Source: Sphyrna mokarran
Lineage: Eukaryota
DNA length: 64,000 bases
Assembly (NCBI GenBank): GCA_024679065.1
Contig: JAGIQG010000018.1
Coordinates: 25,358,001 to 25,422,000, forward strand
Direction of reading: 5' to 3'
The notes under the pieces were generated by a model. The model saw nothing but the letters and a program-made list of their open reading frames with translations. It was not told the origin of the DNA and did not search any database. This document shows, one piece after another, positions 40,228 to 50,529 of the stretch (the stretch's first letter is position 1; every line of letters starts with the position of its first letter). Both the position numbers and the translations under genes were made by a program.

Positions 40228-41009
40228 GAGTCATCTTTATTAGTTTTTCCTGAATTCTTACACTTGAGATAGCTCATCCATTGGAATTGCTTTAATAATT
40301 ATTGACAGAAAATCAATACAACAACAACAACTTGCATTTAATACAGTAAGAGGTTCCTAATAGACACTGATTAGGAAAAGATATAATCAAATTCTTGGTC
40401 AAACAGCTTGGTTTTAAAGGAACAGAAAGAGAGGTGGAGAGACCTGGGAAGAAAGAGAAAAACTTGACTATAAGGACTGAGTTTCAGGCTAGAGTTTTAC
40501 AGGTCATCATTTTCAGATTTGCTTCAGAATTCTTTTCCTCATTAACATAAAGGTGACATTATTAATTTTGTTTTTCAAATTGATATTCAAATAGTGTGAA
40601 GCCAGAGGGAAGTGAGGTAATGAGAAGCTAATGTCATTTCGCAAACACTGATAAAAGCTAATAAAAACGTCAAGCATATAAAGCATTCATTATATCTTTT
40701 ATCATTATTTAAATTCTCTCCTTAATACAGATACACTCTTTTTCTTGTCAATTTTCATTTTAGTTGTTGTTTCATAAATGAGCCCAGCCTTTCCCATTTA
40801 AACAGAGAATCGCTTCCCAAACAATCGTTTCCCATATTGCCATTCTGAGCTAAATGAACAGTGCTCTTTATGTTCTATAAATGGGGCTTTGGGGATTTGT
40901 GATAGCAAGGAGATGATCTGACACAACGGAAAGCATATTTACTCTTAAGTGATTAGTGAATCTCATCTAATTGCTTTGCTCCCAAAATTTGTGAGGTTAC
41001 TTAGGTGTC

Positions 41010-41705
41010 AACTGCACCTTGGTTTGTGGCAATTCTAACCTCTAAATCAGAAGGTTATGAGTGCAATCTTCAATCCAGTGATTTTGGCCTATTTACAGGC
41101 TGACATCCCCAAGTGCAATAATGAAGTATACTGCACAGCCAGAAGATCAATATCAATGAGGGAGTGCTGCACTGTTGGCAGGTCAGTGCGGAGGATGTGC
41201 CGCACAGTCTGCGGGTCAGTGCTGAAGAAGTGTCGTACTGTCGACAGACCAATGCTGAGGGAGAGCTGCATTGTCCGAGGATTAGTGCTGAGGGAGTGCT
41301 GCAATGTCAGCGGGTCAGTACAGAGGGAGTGCTGCACACTGTCGGTGGATTAGTGCTGAGGGAGTGCCACACTGTCAGCGGGTTAGTGCTGAGGGAGTGC
41401 CGCACTGTCAGCGAGTCAGTGCTGAGGGAATGCTGCACTGTCACCGAGTCAGTGCAGGGACAGTGCCACACTGTTGGTGGATCAGTGCTGAGGGAGTACT
41501 GACTGTCGGTGGGTCAGTGCAGAGGATGTGCCGCACTGTTGGCAGGTCCATGCAGAGGTGTGCTATATTGTTGGCGGGTCCGTGCAGAGGGAGTGCTGCA
41601 CTGTTGGAGAGTCAGTACTGATGGAGTGCTGCACTGTCAGAGGGCAGTGCTGAAGGAGTGATGGAATGGCAAAAAATTGCTCTTCTAATGAGATATTAAG
41701 CTTTA
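41010..41705 (+). repeat. Deu-domain SINE whose core has expanded into a 33-bp minisatellite (~15 units, ~41150-41660)
   Basis: SINE head (aacctctaaatcagaaggttatgagt...aggctgacat), then tandem cagtgctgagggagtgctgcactgtcagcgggt units, then resumption tcttctaatgagatattaa. Confidence 0.85.
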
Positions 41706-43964
41706 AAAGCAATACTCTATTTTGTGTGGCAGGGATGTTTTGCAAAAGTGGTGTTAGTGTTAAATGAAACATTCGAGAAGCATGGACAATAAATCTTCCA
41801 TGTTCAGAGACTATGAACTCTGCTAGAATCCTTTGTTTATAACCTGCACCCCATCGGAAATTGAAAAAACAAGAACTATTCAGCCTTTCTTCCTTTCCTC
41901 TGCTCTGGGATTACTGCGAAAGAGACTGAATTCAAGGAGTCCGTTTCACTCTAACATATTTTCAAAAAATGGGGCCTTTTGTTAGGAGGAGGCTGACCAG
42001 AGTGAGAATGAAAGAGAGTGTCCTTTGACCCAGTGCTGTGTAAATGGCCAGACCTTCAGGCTGAATGTAATCAAGCAATTCCAAAACATCTGCAGGATGA
42101 GAAGGCAGCATTCTGTGAGGATTAACCTTCGCTCGGCTGTGTTCCTTTTCCTCCAATGAGGAAGAGCTGCTGGACTAACACATTCAGTCAGTTTGAGTTC
42201 TGCCTCTTTGGAATTGACAATTCAAAACCTGCACCTTTTTTTTAAATCCAATTTGAACATTTGGTTATTATTTCTGAGCTGCCAGCAGAAAACCCAATCT
42301 GTTTCTTGGGAAGATATTGATTTTATTTTAAATTATCATCTCCCTTCCCTGGCAGACTTAGGAAGAATGATGTGTGAGAGTTGCTTGTGTTTAAAACAGA
42401 ATATATCAAAGGAGTTGTGCTGAGTGATGACTTCATGGATTAATCGCAGTCAGTCAGTCACGCCCTGCCTGCCAGTAGCACTGATCAGTACCAAGATGCT
42501 CTCCTACTATTTTTGGAACTGGTTAGGGTCATAGGACCAATTTTAACTCACTCCCCATTTATTCACTTGCAGAGTTAAAATCAAATCTAGAGCTTTTTAC
42601 TGTTTTGTAACAAAGAGCTGGAGCTAAAACTCAACATTATGTGGGCTGTAGTTGGAGCAGACATTAAAGTTTTAAAAAGCTCAAACCTGACCTCTACCTG
42701 CCCACTTTTCTATTTAACAGAGACAAGACCAGAAAGTGAACCCATCAGTAGTTTGTCTGCGTGGCAATTTAAATATTTGAGGGAGGCTCGCAGCCTATTT
42801 TCTAACCTGTTTTATAGGCTTAATCCTGGCTAGCCGAAACTTGAAGCTAGAAAAGCAAAGTGCCTTTACAATATTATTCTGGGGCCCAACAGGACCAGGA
42901 ATGTCCCTCCCCAGATTCCATGTTCCCTCCATTAGATCCTGCCACCAATCTCCCCCCACCCCCCACACCCCACCTTCCCCAAACCTTCAGACCCAGGATT
43001 GGATCTATCTTGGGCCCCAAGTCATGTATCAAATTTAACAGGTCTTCCAGCCAGTTGAGTGTTCCCAATCCAATTGGAAGATAAGTTTCTTAATCAGACT
43101 GACCTCCAGATGAAGAACCTGGCAGTAACAAAAATTATAATGCCACTGTGTGTGAGGAGAACAGACTTTAAATCCAAAACTCCACCCTGCTGCCTATGAA
43201 ACCCACCCTTATTAATATCCAGGCTGCTATGTGTACATTTAAGTCAATATTTCTTGTTGAACATAGGTTCTGAACAGTAATTTTGAATATTATCTCTTTA
43301 ATGAAAAGGCTTTGGGATTATTGAACATCCATCACTCAATGCAAACGTACAGTTCAGTGCTCAAGTAAAATTATTCTGCCCACCTTTACCTTATTACAAT
43401 AACTAATCCTTGGCTTTTCTGGGTTAGAGGCAACTCTTGATCAATGGAAATGAGTAACAGATGCTGCAGTCCTGCTGGGGAGATCTAAAATTTGACCTTT
43501 GAAACCAGAATGTTTAAAATCAGATTTAAAGTGCTAAATGTTGTGGTCTGAATTGCCACACTATACTCTGGGTTAGGGAAGGTGACTATCTTTGCACCAC
43601 TCTGTGTGAGCTATATGAACAGTTACATTATGGCACTCTGTGTGTGTGGACTAGTTTTAACGTGGCTTGAATCTTGTGGCCTTTGGTGCATTCAAAGCTG
43701 AGGTGTAACAGGTTTGCAATTTATGTTCAGCTGGTGACTTTGTGGTTAGATGATTCTCCCTATTGTCATCAGTAGGTAGTTGAAGGCAAAACCATTAACA
43801 CTTCAAGGGCAATGTAAATATCTACACATTAGGTGCAATCACCCCAAGACTGTAAAAACCCACCCAAGGTCAATGGATTTTTCCATACTTGCTACAATTT
43901 CCATGGCAGGCAGGATGGGAAAATTCCACCTGTTGTGTTGTAGCAGGCATAATATATATTGGAA

Positions 43965-44062
43965 TGGAGTTAGGTACAGAGTAAATTTCCCTCTATACTG
44001 TTACATCAAACACTACTGAGACAGTTAAAGCATGGATTAGATACAGAGTAAAACTCCTTCTG
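43965..44062 (+). repeat. ~65-bp satellite-like repeat (1.5 units)
   Basis: gttaggtacagagtaaatttccctctatactg and gattagatacagagtaaaactccttct. Confidence 0.6.
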
Positions 44063-44310
44063 GAGGTCTTGTGGCACAGTGGGTCGCACCCCTACCTCTG
44101 AGCCAGAAGCTCCGAGTCCAAATCCCACCCCAGGACTTGATGGCCAAGAAAGGTTTGTTCAAAACAAAGCCAACAAGTTCAGTATCGACCTGCAAAATCC
44201 TTCCAACATGCCAACGGCAGGCAGTACGAGTGAGAGAGACTGCTGGTCAGCCATGCTTGATGCAGGCTACTACCCTTCAATCTAGAATCCTCTGGTAACA
44301 GGCTAGCATC
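44063..44310 (+). mobile_element. tRNA-headed SINE-like element (third family)
   Basis: Box A tggcacagtgg and box B gagtccaaatcc, followed by a distinct body. Confidence 0.55.
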
Positions 44311-44394
44311 TTTTAGGTAAAACGCGTCATTGGAGCAGATAAAAGTTTGCTTTGCGTACCACTAGTGTGGGAAAAGAAACAGCAATAAACAAGA

Positions 44395-44600
44395 GTGGCA
44401 CAGTGGTTAGCACGGTTGCTTCACGGCGTCAGGGATCCAGATTCAATTCCACTTTGGATTACTGTCTGTGTGAATGGCATGTTCTCTCCAAGTCTGCATG
44501 GGTTTCTTCTGAGTGCTCTGATTTCTTCCTACAGTCCAAAGATGTGCAAGTTAAATGGAGTAGCCATGGTAAATGGGCGGAAGAGAAGGGTTCTATGATT
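44395..44600 (+). mobile_element. V-domain (HE1-like) tRNA-SINE
   Basis: gtggcacagtggttagcac...gattcaattcc head; V-domain gtctgtgtgaa...tctgcatgggtttc...tttcttcctacagtccaaagatgtgc. Confidence 0.85.
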
Positions 44601-45425
44601 CTAAAGTTTCCTTCTAACCAACTAGTATTGTCATCCAAGTGAGTGCATCCCTCAGTATCTGCCTTTGAGTCTGTGGCTTACATGAGATGTAACAGTTTCA
44701 ATGGGCTAGCTTTTTCCTTTCCTGTTGCCATGCTCTTTTGCCACTTTTGTATTAGGATTTGACAGCTCTTGGAATGACCCCATCTCTAACTGCCCAATTA
44801 TTTCCGGACCTAGGAGCAGTCACCTTCAGCCAAATGTGCCGTGTGAATGATATACCTTGGCCCTCTGAGGTCCCCACTTTACAAATGTCAGTCTTCAGCC
44901 AAATCATTTCTCTCCACCTGATATTAGAAACAGTTCAAGGTCTTGGAAACAGCAAAGGTACCCAGCAACACTCCAGCTGTAGTGGTGAAGATTTGGGCTT
45001 CAGAATTAGCATCATTTCTAACTAAGCTGTTCCAGTAGAGCATAAAACTGGCAATGTGGAAAATTACCCTGTTATGTGCTACCCACAAAAAGACAGATAA
45101 ATCTAATTCATCCAATTACTTTCCAGCAGTCTACTCTCAGTCATCAGCAAAGTGATGCGTTTTCATCAACAGTGCCATCAAGTGCCATTTACTCACCAAA
45201 AATCTGTTGATCATCCTCAGTTTGGGTTCCAACAGGTTCACTCTGCTCCGGACTTCATTACGGCTTTAGTCCAAACATGGACAAAGAGTTAGATTCCATA
45301 GATGAGAATCACTGCCCTTGACATCATGGCAACATTTAATCAAGTGTGAATTAAGGAGTCTGTATAAAAATTTAAATCAGTAGGAATTGGAGGGAAGAAC
45401 TCTCCATTGGTTGGAGTCATACCAT

Positions 45426-46350
45426 AAGAAGTCTCACAACGCCAGGTTAAAGTCCAATAGGCTTATTTGGTAGCAGAAGCCACTAGTTTTCAAAGCGCTT
45501 CTCCTTCGTCAGGTAAGTGGGAGTTGTGTTCACAAACAGGACATATAAAGACACAAACTCAATTTACAAAAGTATCATTGGAATGCAAGCTTAAAAGGTA
45601 ATCAAGTCTTAAATGTACAGACAAAGTGAGTGGAGAGAGGCTTAAGCATAGGTTACACAGATATATAGTCTCCAGCCAAAATAGTTAGTGAGATTTTGTA
45701 AGCCCAGGTAAGTCATGGGGGTTACAGATAGTGTGACATGGACCTCCTCATGTGTGCAGAACTTGGCTATCAGTCTCTGCTCAGTGACTCTGTGTTGTTG
45801 TGTGTCATGAAGGCCACCTTGGAGAATGTTTACCCGAAGATCAGAGGCCTAATGCCAGCAACTGCTGAAGTGTTCCCCAACAGGAAGAGAACACTCTTGC
45901 CTGGTGATTGTCAAATAGTATTCATTCATTCATTGTCATAGCATCTGCATGGTCTCCTAATGTACCATGCCTCGGGACTTTGTTTCCTACAGCGTATCAG
46001 GTAGACAATGTTGGTCGAGTTGCAAGAGTATGTACTATGTACTAGATGGATGGTGTTCTCATGTGAGATGATGGCATCTGTGTCGATGATCCAGTATGTT
46101 TTGCAGAGGTTGCTGTGGCAGGGTCATGTGGTGTCATGGTCACTGTTCTCCTGAAGGCTCGATAGTTTGCTGCGGGCAATGGTCTGAGGTTGCGCGGTTG
46201 TTTGAAGGCAAGAAGTGGAGTTGTGGGGATGGCCTTGGCAAGATGTTTGTCTTCATCACTGACGTGTTGAAGGCTCCAGAGAAGATGTCATAGCTTCTGT
46301 GCTTCGGGGAAGTACTGGACAATGAAGGGTGTTCTGTCTGCCATTTCCCA
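45426..46350 (-). mobile_element. Penelope-like retroelement 3' part: GIY-YIG endonuclease plus terminal repeat with hammerhead motif
   Basis: Minus strand TYSCNSTNIVYLIRCR...EAWYIxETMQML...ECSLPVGEHF...ASDLRVNILQGGLHDTQQHRVTEQRLIAKF. 3'UTR has ctgacga-aggag-aagcg-cttt-gaaa-actagtg (45481-45512) followed by aataa. Confidence 0.88.
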
Positions 46351-46377
46351 TGTTTGTCTTCCATGTTTGTGTTTGGA

Positions 46378-46475
46378 TGAAAACAAAAACAGAAAATGCT
46401 GGAAAAACTCAACAGGTGTGATAGCATTTGTGGACAGAGAATAGAGCTAATGTTTTGAATCTGGATGATCCTTTA
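46378..46475 (-). mobile_element. Penelope-type terminal repeat fragment
   Basis: aaaacagaaaatgctggaaaaactcaacagg...; same family as ~1850, 23260, 40083, 46975-47040, 50430-50525 and 59150-59255. Confidence 0.7.
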
Positions 46476-47477
46476 AAATCTTGGAATTCTCTTTGGTGGA
46501 TACACAAACTTCAGCAGTTTAGGAAGATGGCTGAGTACCACCTTCTGAAGGGTATTTAGGGATGGGCAACAAATGCTTGATTTGTCAGTGATGCTCACAC
46601 CCCATGAAGGAGTAAAGAAAATAATCACAGAGTCTCAGTGACAGAATATGAACTGTTTGATACAGTCAGATCTTGTAATTCAAGCCTGGCCTCCTCAGTG
46701 GATGGCTTGCTGCTGTATTGATTAGCCGCTCACAAACAGAGCTTCGTGTGATTTACCTTCGTCCATATCTGAATATTTGTAATCCTCTGAGAAAATTAAA
46801 TCAAGGAGCATTTCACACTGACAAGCTATCCATTTCCAAGCTTGGAATTTGTCTCAAATCTGCATATATATAAAAAATATGATGCAGCTGGAGACTGGGA
46901 GAATAATGCTTAAATCTCCTGATATACTGCAGTTATTAATCTTCCTACAGTCCAGTTCAAACATCGATCTGAAGTGCTAACTCTTTCTTTCTTCACAGCT
47001 GCTGTCTGTCCTGCTGAATATTTTCAGCATTCTCTGTTGCATTGCTTTATAAAGAACTAAACCATTTTTGTAAAACTGGCCTTTGTTTGTTTCAATTCTC
47101 TGCTTAATCATTAGCACTGACATTTATTCCATTGGGAATGTTTGTTCAGGGTGGACACTTGCCCCTTGAGTGATGTTTGTCCCGTGGGAAGTGTTTATCC
47201 TGGGAAAATATTTGTCGTGGGAGAATGTTTGCTGCTACTGCCTGCACTAAAGTCTTTCCAACCACTGCAAATTCCACTGTACCTGAGTGTTATTCATGGC
47301 ACGCTTTCTGCTCAGATCCACAGAGCAGCCATGCAATTTCCAGGACATATCTTCCCACCACATCCCTGAGAAAAGAAGGCTTTGCCACTGCACAGGTGGA
47401 AGGGATTCCTGAATCTCCATGATAATAAAAACATAATCTTCTGTGTCTTGAGGGAATTAATCAAATAGAGTAGCTTG

Positions 47478-48290
47478 TTTGATTTGATTTATTGTTGTCA
47501 GATGTATTTGTACAGTGAAAAGATCAAGTTTAGTATCGACGTGCTGTAGTTGGTTGAAGTCATTAGGTTACATTTTAGCTTCATTTGAAGCAATTTTTAA
47601 AAGCAGCATCTCGGCCTTTTGGCTAAGATGCAAAAGAGATCAAACCTTGGAGGAGATGTAATGCCTACTCCAATCAGTTTGGATCATGTAGATCAAGCCC
47701 AAGACAGGAGATGAGAGTTTTGTCTTGTCAGTTTGGATCAGGAATGTCTCATTTGATGAGACTTTGAATTGGACTTGATTTGATTGAATTGAATAAATAA
47801 ATCTAAAAAAAAATTGTTTCTTGTGCGCTATACAGACAAAACATTCATAAAGAAGGAAAGGAGAGAATGCAGAATGTAGTATTACAGTCATAGCTCGAGA
47901 AATATCAACTTAATTATAAGGTAGGTCCATTCAAAAGTTTGATGGCAGCAGGGATGAAGCTGTTCTTGAATCGGTTGGTACATGAGCTCTGACTTTTGTA
48001 TCTTTTTTCTAATGGAAGACGGTGGAAGAGAGAAAGTCTGGGTTGCGTGACATTCTTGATTATACTGGCTGCTTTTCCAAGACAGCGGGAAGTGAAGACA
48101 GAGTCTTTGGATGGGCGGCTGGTTTGCGTGCTGGACTGGGCTTCATTCATGACCTTTTGAAGTTTCTTGGGGTCTTGGCCAGAGCAGGGGTCATATAAGC
48201 TATGATATATCCAGAATGGTGCATCTGTAAAACTTTGTGAGAGTTGTAGTGGACATGCTGAATTTCCTTAGCTTCCTGAGAAAGTAGGAG
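47478..48290 (-). mobile_element. Rex1/Babar LINE 3' end, interrupted by the U2-containing element
   Basis: ORF 47914-48150 SRCLGKAASIIK...HRLPLEKRYKS...TNRFKNSFIPAAIKLLN is the Rex1 C-terminus; (tttga)n tail at 47478-47490. Confidence 0.85.
47520..47812 (+). mobile_element. U2 snRNA-derived short retroposed element (candidate SINEU-like)
   Basis: 47520-47537 matches U2 nt 23-40 at 17/18; 47606-47629 matches U2 nt 4-27 at 23/24; tandem hairpin body; aataaataaatctaaaaaaaa tail. Confidence 0.7.
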
Positions 48291-48735
48291 TGACCAGAAT
48301 GCTACCAGAAATGAAGGATGCCAGTATGCAGAGAGGCTGGAGAAGTTGGGATTGTTCTCCCATGAGCAGGGAAGATTAAGGAAAGATTTAATGGAGGAAC
48401 TAAAATCATGAAAGGTTTTGATCAAGTGAATAAAGGAAAACAATCTGTACTGACAGGAGAACCAGAAATTAGAGGACTGAGATTCAAAATAATCAGCGGA
48501 AGAACCAAGGGGGAGCTGAGCAGAAGTTTTATTCTGCAGAGTGTTTTTATAAGCTTGACAATTCTACCTGCAGTTGATTCAAAAGCGACTTTCAGTAGGG
48601 AATTGGATAAAATACTTAAAGGGAAAGAAATGCACAGCTATGGGGAATGAGCAATTGAGCAGGATTAATTCAAAAGCTCTTTCAAAAATTGGCATAGGCT
48701 CAATAGGCCAAATGGCCTCCTTCTGTGCTGGATTA
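48290..48735 (+). mobile_element. CR1 LINE 3' end
   Basis: ERLEKLGLFS, KIMKGFD and RGLRFKI motifs; tail aggccaaatggcctccttctgtgctg. Confidence 0.8.
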
Positions 48736-49597
48736 CTCAATGAAATCCATGACACAGTCCCTATGTCTAAGGCTGCCTAATTAGAAATCCTTTTCCCTTT
48801 TTTGTTGCTGACTCACCTTGGCTGTCTGAGTACATTTTCATTGCTATTAAATTTGGTCAAGCTCAAAATAAACAAAGGTCCATCTCTCTCGATTCAACCT
48901 TGCCTGCAGTGAAATAGATGGCACAGCAGGCTGCAGTGTTGAACATACTCATACTGACTTTTGATATATGATCTCTGAGAGGGTAGTGAAGGAATTTGAG
49001 CCAATAAACTTGCTATATGACAGAGTATGGAACAATCCTGGAGTTCCTACTCAACAGTAATCACCTTCCCTCAGAAACCTGAGAAGCAGTTAGGTTAAAT
49101 AGTTTTCGTTGCTGATGATTTATAGCTGAGAAATGGCAATATGATTGATCTGCAGGCAAGTGCTTACCATAGTCCTGTAACATTTGTCTAAACACTGATC
49201 TAGTAGATGTGCTAACCCCTTTAAAATAAATGGCCAAAAGAATGGATAGAGTAGTAGTAAGTAGATGTTAAGTGCTTGGCAAATCATCAGTGATTTCAAG
49301 GTTTATAATTTTATTGCCATTCTCCAATATGCTATCTTAAGAAAGAACAGCAGATCATAGGAAGAAGTCATTCAGCCCCTTGAGCTTGTTCAGCTTTTCA
49401 GTTTGCTCATGGTTGATCTGTACTTCAACCCCATTTATCCACCTTTGCTCCATATTCCCTTATACTCTTCGCCAACAAAAATCTTTTGATTCTTCAATTT
49501 GAACCTGTATTATTTTACTATAATCAATTTGGCTTCGCGATGATTACAAATTATCACAGTTTTCAAATTCCTCCACCTCTCTTCCACTTTACGTCAC

Positions 49598-49984
49598 AAC
49601 TACTGATCAATCAGATTGGTTGGCAACTCTCTAGGGTAGGATTTCAATTGAATGTAAAGAGGCAATGGTTAGATTCTCTTTTCTTGGTGATGGTCATTGT
49701 CTGAGATTTTGTGGTATGAATGTTACTTGCCACTTGTCAGTCCAATCCTAGATATTGTCCAGGTCTTGCTGTATTTAAATATGGACTGCTTCAGTATCTA
49801 ATGAGTCATAAATGATACTAAACATTGTACAATCATCAGTGAACATCCCCACTTCCAAACTCATGATGAAAGGAAGGTCATTGATGAAACAGTCAAAGGT
49901 GGTTGGATGTAGGCATTGCCCTAAGGAACTCCTGAAGTGATGTCCTGGAACTGAGCTACCGATCTCCACCAAACACAACCATCC
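49598..49984 (-). repeat. Patchwork inverted duplication of 50346-50393 and 50909-51252
   Basis: Direct reverse-complement comparison: 45/48 for the first segment. The near-identical ORF texts 49775-50032(-) and 50915-51316(+) share the same frameshifted reading. Confidence 0.9.
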
Positions 49985-50529
49985 AATCCACACCCTGCAA
50001 ACCGGCTGCCTCAGAAGCACGCTTCTCCGCATCCTACCTTCTATTGGCTACTAGTACTTTGTTGGGAGAAACTCCCCGCAACTACCTTGCTATCTTTCAT
50101 TTTTTGATCCTTTCCTGTTTAAGTAATCCCCGCTGTTGGCTTCGTCCTTCTTTATCCTCTCCAACATCTTATTACATAGACTTTTAGAGATGATTTTAGA
50201 GGGAAATGTGTTCCCAACCACCATGCTGCCCTTCCCTCCATCCCTCGACTGAAATGTCAATCATCAGCCTGGCTACCCAGTAGTGATATTACACTTGGAG
50301 CAGACTTTCTTGATTCAGAGTGACACTTCTGCCCTCATCTGAGAGGAAGTCCTGCCCTAGAGAGTTGCCAACCAATCTGATTGGTCAGTAGTTCTGCAGT
50401 CTCAGCAGTGTCAGGATCAAGTAGTGCGTAAAAGAGAAAATGCTGGAAAATCTTAGCAGGTCTGGCAGCATCTGTAAGGAGATAAAAGAGCTGAAATTTC
50501 GAGTCTAGACAACCCTTTATTGACTCTTT

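Larger units (their letters stand above)
44800..46620 (+). mobile_element. LINE family B fragment (44800-45425 and tail 46480-46620), interrupted by Penelope sequences
   Basis: KLFQ...WKITLLCATHKK, ITALVQTWTKE and ALDIMATFNQV motifs; tail gaagggtatttagggatgggcaacaaatgc. Confidence 0.7.

Noticed and set aside
41057-41621. Cys/Arg-rich repetitive ORFs resembling zinc-finger or keratin-associated proteins; also superficially CRISPR-like periodicity
   Set aside because: These are readings of a 33-bp (11-codon) minisatellite, open in several frames on both strands. The units are contiguous, with no unique spacers and no cas genes.
41986-42159. Plus-strand ~57-codon open frame after ttttgttag (EEADQSENERECPLTQCC...)
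   Set aside because: No recognisable homology and no partner exons; the length is within chance expectation.
44395-44460. tRNA genes (also ~44070, ~53925, ~11290)
   Set aside because: Box A/B are present but there is no complete cloverleaf; each continues into a SINE body.
47520-47640. Functional U2 snRNA gene
   Set aside because: Only nt 4-40 are represented, split and out of order. There is no Sm site, 3' stems, PSE or 3' box.
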